From Octopus vulgaris (taxonomy: Eukaryota), in NCBI GenBank assembly GCA_951406725.2, contig OX597818.1, positions 66,588,001-66,652,000 on the forward strand: a stretch of 64,000 nucleotides of DNA. The letters run 5' to 3'. This document shows, in pieces, positions 54,629 to 64,000 of the stretch (position 1 is the first letter of the stretch; every line of letters starts with the position of its first letter). Position numbers and translations under genes: made by a program. Below the pieces are notes generated by a model. It did no database searches, was not told where the DNA came from, and worked only from the letters and a program-made list of their open reading frames with translations.

Positions 54629-56009
54629 GTAAGTAAAATTAACTTTTTCATTCAATTTAGATTTTCCTCCTTCCATTCACTTCATTTAAAATCATACTAG
54701 TTGGATCCGTGGAAATTACACGGAATTGATATTAAGAGAACCATTTTAAAAAGAAAAAGATGATTCGATTCATAGTTGAGCTTTCTTTCAATGTTCTTGA
54801 CGTTCGTCTACATTCATTGCCTCACGTCTCCGTCGGGGTTGTCTTTTCCCTCTTTTTATTATTACACGGGAAAATGTGAGCAACAGAAATTATATTCTTA
54901 AGATTTTACAGGACAACTTATTCCAACTTTTAAAGTACAGAACAAGAAAACTTTTACTTAAAACATTAGAGCTAAGGAAAAAAATTCAAATAAAATATTT
55001 AGATTTAGAAAATATTAGCTTAAAATTTTATTAAATTTTCTTAATTCTATCTTTTTATTTTTACTTCTATTAAAAATAAAAGATAAATCAATTAAAATAT
55101 TTTTTGCACTTTGAAAAACAACTTCATTTCTTGCATTATTGATTAGTAAGTAGTAATTTGAAAATAAGATATAAAAAGTAATAGTACATAATCAGAACAA
55201 TAAATAGATTAATACAAAAATTAGTGGCTCATAACAACAAATTCACAGTAACATTTACTTGAGTTATTGCCTAAATTATTGCCAAGTTTTCACATTTTTA
55301 GTCTTGATGAAATCCTAATTTTTACATATTTAATTTACCTACCATGTGTGTGTGTCAATACGTATAAGACAACATCACCCAGTTGCAGAATGATGTCACC
55401 CTTGCTACCTGAATATAGTAAGCCCAATATATATGATTTTCTCGAAAATGTTTACTATAATCTATTCAAGTCATGTTAATGGTTGATAACTTTTTTTGAT
55501 CAGAAATAAATGATTTCCTTCTCACATGAGAAAACGGTTTTCCTTATTCCTTATCATTCCCTTCTTTGCGATTATTATTCTCTGGTTTGATCCGATAGCG
55601 TATTCCACAATATACATGAGATAAATGCCTGATCATTCAAAGCAACTAAAAGGTTTATGCACTTGCTACATCCTTAAATATGAATAGCTTAATATTTGAC
55701 AAATCCATTGCAACTTCTTTATTAAACCTGCTTTGTCCAGCAGTCAAATAAATATAGTTACAACAGATCGATGCGTACGGCTATGTTATTTATTATTTGG
55801 TGATTTACGTACAATAGAGTTCTTTTCTATCGATGGCAGTTACGTATATGATGTTTCATTCTAGTTATAATGATTTTCGTTCTAATATTTCACCCTGACG
55901 AAAATAATTTAATGATAAAAAACAGAACCGTTAATGTTTTCTACAATTAATCACCGGGCAAGATATTAAAGCCAATGAGCATAAAACGTCTTTATTATTT
56001 ACATGTGTA

Positions 56010-56212
56010 AAGGCAGGATCGTTAGCACGCTGGGGGAAGAGTTTTGCGGTATTTCACTTGTCACTACGCTCAGATATCAAATTCTGCCGAGGTCGACTTT
56101 ACTTTTCATTCTTTCGAGGTCCATAGAATAAGTACCAGTGGAAAACTTAGGTGGATATAATCGACTTATCCCCATAACCACCAGGCTGCCCATTTGGCAA
56201 AAAGTTGAAATA
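56010..56212 (+). mobile_element. Diverged SINE family A copy
   Basis: GGCAGGATCGTTAGCACG...GCCGAGGTCGACTTT..TTTCATTCTTTCGAGGTC..AAGTACCAGT. Confidence 0.85.
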
Positions 56213-57245
56213 ATTATTTACAGTTATAATTATGATAAACATGCGTAATGGTCGAGTTTATTAGATGCAGAGAAATTTTTCGATACAATTCTTCTTCGGA
56301 GCCAAGCGAATTTTCATGTTTTTGAACCTGCCCCAACGTTTTCGTGTTTCAAATCATTATTGTCATCTTTATGGTATGCATATTTGTTCTGAATACACAC
56401 TTGTAATAATTAAATAATCTAATAATCAAAATAAGTGTACATATCTATCAAATCCTACAAAGAAAGTATTGTAGAGAAACCAACTTGAAATATGCTTTTA
56501 TATCAAATGTTTCAAACTTTCCGTGGCCAAAATCTACTTTTGAAGAAAGCAAATATGTTTTATATTCAACACGTCTTTCAAAGTTTCTTTTCTCGAAAAT
56601 ATATTGAAAGCGTGATTATTCCGTCGTTTATTGAAATGTTAATAGAATTGTGAAAGCATGAAAATGATTAGATTTTGTGTAGTTCAATAAATAGGTAAGT
56701 GTTTCGTCTGAGCTCTTAACAAAGATGACATTGTATATATTTTACAGATATTTACTCAAAGATAAAGCTGGATAGAAATAATATATAATATAAACTAATA
56801 ATTAGCTAAAATAATTAAAGCGAAACATCCTGTGAGCAAAACTAAAAATATTTTGTCGTTATTTGATTGATCAACATTTTCCAAACCAAATAATCATTGA
56901 ACAGAATTGATGTACATGGACATTCAACTTGCATCAATGCAATACAAAATGTATTTATAAGATTATTTCCTATGAATTAAAAAAGATAAATGCATAAAAC
57001 AATCCGCAGAACATTTCTTGTATTAAAATGCATTCATTGCATTGAATTTGCAAGTAATCAGATCTACTACACTTCAACGACTGCAACGATGAAATAAATC
57101 CGAATGAAATAAGAACTTATTTCATAATTCACTGCAGGTAAACAGAACGCATGATTCCATTAAATTATATTAAGTTAACATTAATTTTTGTCATTTTCCA
57201 ATAAATACAATGCATCATAATGCATTATAGTTTATCTAATTTATT

Positions 57246-57395
57246 AAATCTTCCAATGAAGATTTAAATGTTCAGAAACCAGAAATCCGCATGCAGCACG
57301 ATAATGCAACTGCACAATATACGTCCATATACATATACGTATTTATATCTATACATACGCAAATATATATATATATATATACACACATATATATG

Positions 57396-57460
<65 letters not shown>

Positions 57461-57770
57461 AATATGTATGTATGCATAATATGTAGACACTCAAGTGTGT
57501 GCATGTATAGTGAGAGTTGGATAGAGAGAGAAGAAGAGGTAGGCAAATGATGTACATGGTAACTTAATTATAATTACTTACATATTCATATACGTAACTG
57601 TCCGTGTATACATAGGTACGCCTGTCTGATTCTACACCCATGTCTACATAAACCTGCGTATGTTTACGTGTAGATACATGCATGGATTAAAGCATTGATA
57701 TGCATAGAGAAAATAATACACTGATATAAAAATAAAACCTATTCTATAACATATCACTTTTTATTAGATT
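57246..57770 (+). repeat. Left arm of a long inverted repeat
   Basis: Reverse-complement match to 59654-60050, e.g. TACATGGTAACTTAATTAT.ATTACTTACATAT and TGTCTACATAAACCTGCGTATG. Confidence 0.9.
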
Positions 57771-59154
57771 GCTGCATTTTATGTCAACTTTGAGAGTACA
57801 TCAAGTATTATGAATATCCTCAACAGATCAGACAATGTTCTAACATTGAGAACGTTGTCTACCCACTGAAAGCTTAATTTAATATATCTTAGTAAAACGT
57901 AATTGTCAACAATGAAATACATTCTCTAACAATTACTTACTCACCTGTTTCTTTGCTTTATTTTTATTAATACTTTTATATAGAATTATTATGAATTACC
58001 AATTTCCCAAGAACACTAACTAATTGCTTATGTTTTAAGCAATCGCTGGTCGTGTATGATTTCTTAGTTTTAAAGATAGGCCAAAAACCTTCAAGGAATA
58101 TTCCTAATTAAATCTTGTATATTGCAAATATTCATTGAAGCAAAATATTCACATCTGAATCACCTGCATTATCAGTTTTTTTCCTCCATTTTTTACAGTG
58201 AATGTATGGTGAAGACAATCTTTTCTATTTAACCGCTGCATTATGAGAATACTGTTTATGTATATAGGCAAGTTACTCGTAAGGTTTATAAGAGCCGGAT
58301 TTGAGATCTAGGGATACATCTAAAAATCCAATTTTTCACAGATTAGTAGCTACTACGTTTTGAAGGCCTAATTGACTGACGGTGGAATTACTTTTTTTCT
58401 TATATTTATGAAGAAGGTGACCAATGGGAAATACCGAAACTGTTGTCTCGTTGTAGACCAACGTCGTATTACCTCATAGAAACATGGAATGATTTATGCT
58501 GATCCCTTACTAAACAATAGTGCCCTCCTAGCATGTCTGATAATGACTAGGTCCATATTGTGTATATAAACATATAATTTAGCAAAATCGATGGCTTTAT
58601 TAATCAGCGATATAGATAGGGAACGATAAAGATTTATAATGTCAAACTGGGTGAATCTATCGTTATTGTTATTCTAAACGTACCTGAAAGAAGCCATTAC
58701 AGTGAAACTATTATTCCATTGTTGAAGCCCTCTGGTCACCCTAATTCTATTATTGATGTTTCGTAGTAAATTCAACACTTTTCTTGACATTTCTAAATGT
58801 ATGAATGTTTCAAAAATTTGAATTCAAAGATTATTAGAAAACAAGATATAACCTTTTAACACGATAAATTAGAACATTTATCGTTAGCGTTTAGACGTTT
58901 TATGTAAAATGTGATGAATTGATTTTCTGTTTATATAAAATCTGTTGTCATTATATTATATAGAACCACATGAGGTATATAACTGCACAGCTTAAGCAAG
59001 AGGCATCCGTTACAACATAAAATTACTACAATATTATCGAGAAACCATATATGACGGAAAAGGGTACTAACCACTCCTTAGTAGCGTATGTCCACTTTAC
59101 CACAAATTACTTCAATTCATTTTGCCTAATAATCTTTTATTTTTCATCTTATAC

Positions 59155-59476
59155 ATGTTTTAGCCATCAGACTGTGCTCATGCTGAGGAAACACCTTGAA
59201 AATTTCTAGTAGATCGAAGCAATCTAACTACATCTGTTTAATAATGACTGATATTTATTCTAACAGTCAGTTTTTTCGAACCACTAAATTATGCGAAAAA
59301 AACACGCACATACAAACTTATATATGTATATACATATATATAACGGGCAGGGTTGGTTTAGTTTCAGTCTGTCAAATTCACCGAGAAGACTTTGCTCATC
59401 TCGAAGCTATAGTGGAAGACACTCGCGACCATATTGTTGGAAAGGAAACCTCTCAACACACACCCATGCCTGCACC
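59155..59476 (-). mobile_element. Degenerate SINE family B copy
   Basis: Tail CAGACTGTGCTCATGCTG, body TTTCAGTCTGTCAAATTCAC..GCTATAGTGGAAGACACT, head CCATGCCTGCACC. Confidence 0.6.
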
Positions 59477-59653
59477 TATAATTTTAAACGTATCATAACT
59501 TTATTAAGAAATGTGCAGTGATATATTATAGACTGTATAACTAAAATTAACAAAACTGTATTTAATTCAAGTTGTTTAATATCCCATAAAACTCTACTTG
59601 TAAAGAAGAAATACCACAAAATAACTTTTATATGTGGTTGTTTTATCCGCATA

Positions 59654-59878
59654 AATCTAATATAAAGAGATATATTATAAACTATGTTATATATTACATC
59701 AGTGTAACATTTTCTCTATGATTATCAATGCCTTAACTCATACGCAGGTTTATGTAGACAGGGGTGTAGTATCAAACAGGCGTACGCATGCATCAACGAA
59801 CACGAATATGCATATGTAAGTAATCATAATTAAGTTACCATGTATATAATTTGCCTGACTCTTCTCCATCCATGCGTG

Positions 59879-59936
<58 letters not shown>

Positions 59937-60050
59937 CATGAGTATATTTGAATATGAATACGTATATGTATATATAAGTATATTGTTCAGCTGCATTATC
60001 GTAATACGCATATCTGGTTTATGAACATGTACATCTTCATTCGAAGATTT
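59654..60050 (-). repeat. Right arm of a long inverted repeat
   Basis: Collinear in reverse complement with 57246-57770 on both sides of an internal microsatellite. Confidence 0.9.
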
Positions 60051-61123
60051 TTTCTTCATATCTTGTGTAATTAAGGGGAAAGGAACTCTTGGGGGTTTCT
60101 AATGATGCACACCTATTGATGCAAACTGTAGAATAAGATAAACCCCAGAGCTAGATAAACGTAGTGTTCGATAAACCGTGCACAAATTCCCTTTCACTAA
60201 TTCGTTATACTGTCCCTTAGCTGTACTGGTTCGCTGAAGTATCGTCTACTTTACTATATACCTGTAATGATATTCAGAAAGAGTTTATTTACATTTCAAG
60301 ATTCTAAATCTTTCAGGCGTATTTACCTAAAGATACGTTTAGAAGTGCCTTCATATAAATGGTGATTTACATACTTTACTTTCGTTTCCAGGGAAATGGC
60401 AATTATCCATTTTTCGTCTAAGCGGTTATGTGACAATGATAACGCTGAGCGCTAACAATTAGTCTAATTAGTATAATTGGTGTTTATCATGGATTGTTAT
60501 CTATGTTTGGTCATTATTGATTGTTTCTCGCTTGTTCTTATTGTTAAAACGCTCTACTATAATTGGGGAACCTGAAAATGGAAAACTCCAGCCGTATATT
60601 TCAATATTATCGACACAACTGTTTAATGCTGCATTGAATATAAGAAGACATACGCACTGTTTCGATGCTCTGAATCGATTTTGCATTTCTTTCTCAAAGC
60701 CTTCATGAAATAAAACCATGAAATGTTTGGACAACATCGGGAAAACAGCCTATATTGCAATACAAATGGGGAAGAAATATATAACTGTCGTAGCTTAAGC
60801 GAATTTCAACTAATATAAAATGACCTCACAATTTCAAGGATTTTTTACAGTAAAATAAGCAGTACTTTTACCACATATTATATATGATGGCTTCAGTTTG
60901 TATAATGTGAAGATAATGAAAACACATAATACGTTGAAATAAATTCCAATATTCATTCGTATATATAAACGTCTGTAAGTGCCAAAAATTTACTAATTTC
61001 CTTGCAAAACAATTATGTCAATTGCAGACATACTACACAGAAGTAAATGTTGGTCTTTTGCTAAGAAAAATATACTTCAAATCAACGACTTTCAATTAGC
61101 CAATCTCAATATATACACATAAT

Positions 61124-62060
<937 letters not shown>

Positions 62061-62228
62061 AAAATGTCCTCTGAAAAGCTATTTCAAATAGCAAAAACCG
62101 GTTGGATATCACGACATCTATAAAATATGCATAATTTTTGTTTTAATTACTTAATATAAAGATATTAAACTATGTGAAACGAAGGCATTTCTCTTTCACA
62201 TTTTATATGTTTCCACATATTTTCAACC

Positions 62229-62290
<62 letters not shown>

Positions 62291-62669
62291 TGTGTGTACT
62301 TGAATACGCATAACCATATATATAATAGGCATACTCGTTCCCAGTTGCTAAATCATGAGTGTATTTGATCAAAGAGATATAATTTTCTCACTGTTCACTT
62401 GAAAATCACACATTTAGAGAAAGATTATATAATCTGCACAGCTGAGCTATGGACGCTAGCATATCCCACCCACACACTCAATCACAAACACACACTCATT
62501 CATGCATGTGTACATATAACTCTATATATATGCATGTATATATATATATATTTCTGTGTATATCTATATATATATATACATAGTTATAAATATTTCTATG
62601 TATCTATATCTAGCTACCTATCTATCTATCCATCTATCTATCTATCTATATCTCTATCTCTATCTCTCT

Positions 62670-62737
<68 letters not shown>

Positions 62738-62739
62738 GT

Positions 62740-63605
62740 GTATCAGGAGGAACAGTCAGAAATGTTGACCACGAAGTCATCTGATATAAGTTTTATGTGA
62801 TGAGGAAAGGTCAATTTGTCAGAAAAAGCAAAAGAAAATCCCTACATCACATCGGAATGGAACAAACTGAAAAATCCACCGGAAGCAGATCTAATTTGGT
62901 TTTTCCTGAAACGCGAAAAACTTCGACCAGGATCAAAATATTAAGAGAAGAAATGACAGATCATTATGTGCAAACCTTTCTTAAGTTCCAAGTGTTATGT
63001 ATACAAAATTTTCTGCAAGTGTCATATATTTAGTGATTATCAGCAATGAAGAACATCTGATGCCTCCTTACCTCTATCCTCAAGGCCTTAGTTAACTCTG
63101 CCGCCTAAATTGAGCTCCTGGTAACAATTGTTAAACCCTGGATAGACAATGTATATAATGGAAGGCCATGTGTGTTTCACTAAGTCTGCACCATCCCACA
63201 TAGCTCACGTAACACAGGAATGGGTGACCGAAACTTTTCATGATCACATAACACATAAAATTTGGCCTCCTAATTCCCCAAACCTCAATCCATTGCACTA
63301 TTCCACATGGATTTTCTTTTTGACAGAGAGGTCAATCAACATGCTCATAACAATAAAATATCTTTGCAACCTGCCATATTCTGAGTAAGGGTCACTTGAT
63401 TATAGCTTGTAGTTTGTTTCGATCTCATACAGAAACGACTGTTGAAGCTGAAGGTGGCTGTATTTAATAACATTATAGAAAATAAGGTTTATTTTTTATA
63501 CTTATAATATTTTTTGGAAAATAAATATATAATTTGTTATTTTTGTTTTTATATATCTGTTGTTCTATAAACATAAATCTGAGCTCAAATATATTACGCA
63601 CCCTG
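62740..63605 (+). mobile_element. Tc1/mariner-superfamily transposase relic
   Basis: VIISNE.HLMPP, VKPWI, SAPSHIAHVTQEW...IWPPNSPNLNPLHYS.W; right end GCACCCTG followed by TA. Confidence 0.8.
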
Positions 63606-63659
63606 TATCTTCATACATACATACATACATACATATGTTATATATATATATATATATAT

Positions 63660-63691
<32 letters not shown>

Positions 63692-63828
63692 GTATATGCG
63701 TGTGTGTGTGTGTGTGCGTGTGTGCGTGTGTGTATGTGTGTTAGTTGAATATTGAGAAAAAATGTCAGAATTTTTTTTTAAAATGTTTTTTTCTATATTA
63801 TTATTAACACTTTCGTTCGTTTCTCGAT

Positions 63829-63888
<60 letters not shown>

Positions 63889-64000
63889 CATATATGCATA
63901 TATCCGAGGTTTGTATTATTGTGTATAGAAAACGTATTGATGATTGCAATTACAACTATAATCCCATTACTACATTTTATTTCCAATTTTTACAATTTAC

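Noticed and set aside
58180-60470. Strong-looking splice acceptors at ~58198 and ~60390 as downstream exons
   Set aside because: All frames hit stops shortly after, with no recognisable domain.

Overview
AT-rich, microsatellite-dense eukaryotic DNA. The repeat landscape (tRNA-derived/CORE SINEs, long (TA)n/(CA)n/(TAA)n tracts) suggests an octopus or other cephalopod; this is an inference. No host gene is firmly supported, and almost all ORFs in the track are microsatellite artefacts. The only long ORF (32181-34118) is the reverse transcriptase of a 5'-truncated CR1/L2-group LINE, whose 3' stem-loop tail is shared with a local SINE family. The rest is decayed TEs: Penelope-like elements (PLEs), L1/Tx1, an R4/Dong-like 3' end inside (TAA)n, Tc1/mariner relics, a Helitron-like element and several SINE families. 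The most notable signal is about ten type I hammerhead-ribozyme-like motifs from several families. Some lie just 3' of PLE endonuclease remnants, some have long helix II hairpins, and one short non-coding family occurs three times, including as a divergent inverted pair. Other items are a ~400-500 bp inverted duplication (57.2-60.1 kb), a perfect GC-rich 15-bp hairpin and a weak promoter/signal-peptide-exon candidate near 54.1-54.6 kb. Coordinates of decayed elements are approximate and were read by eye; no database searches were run.
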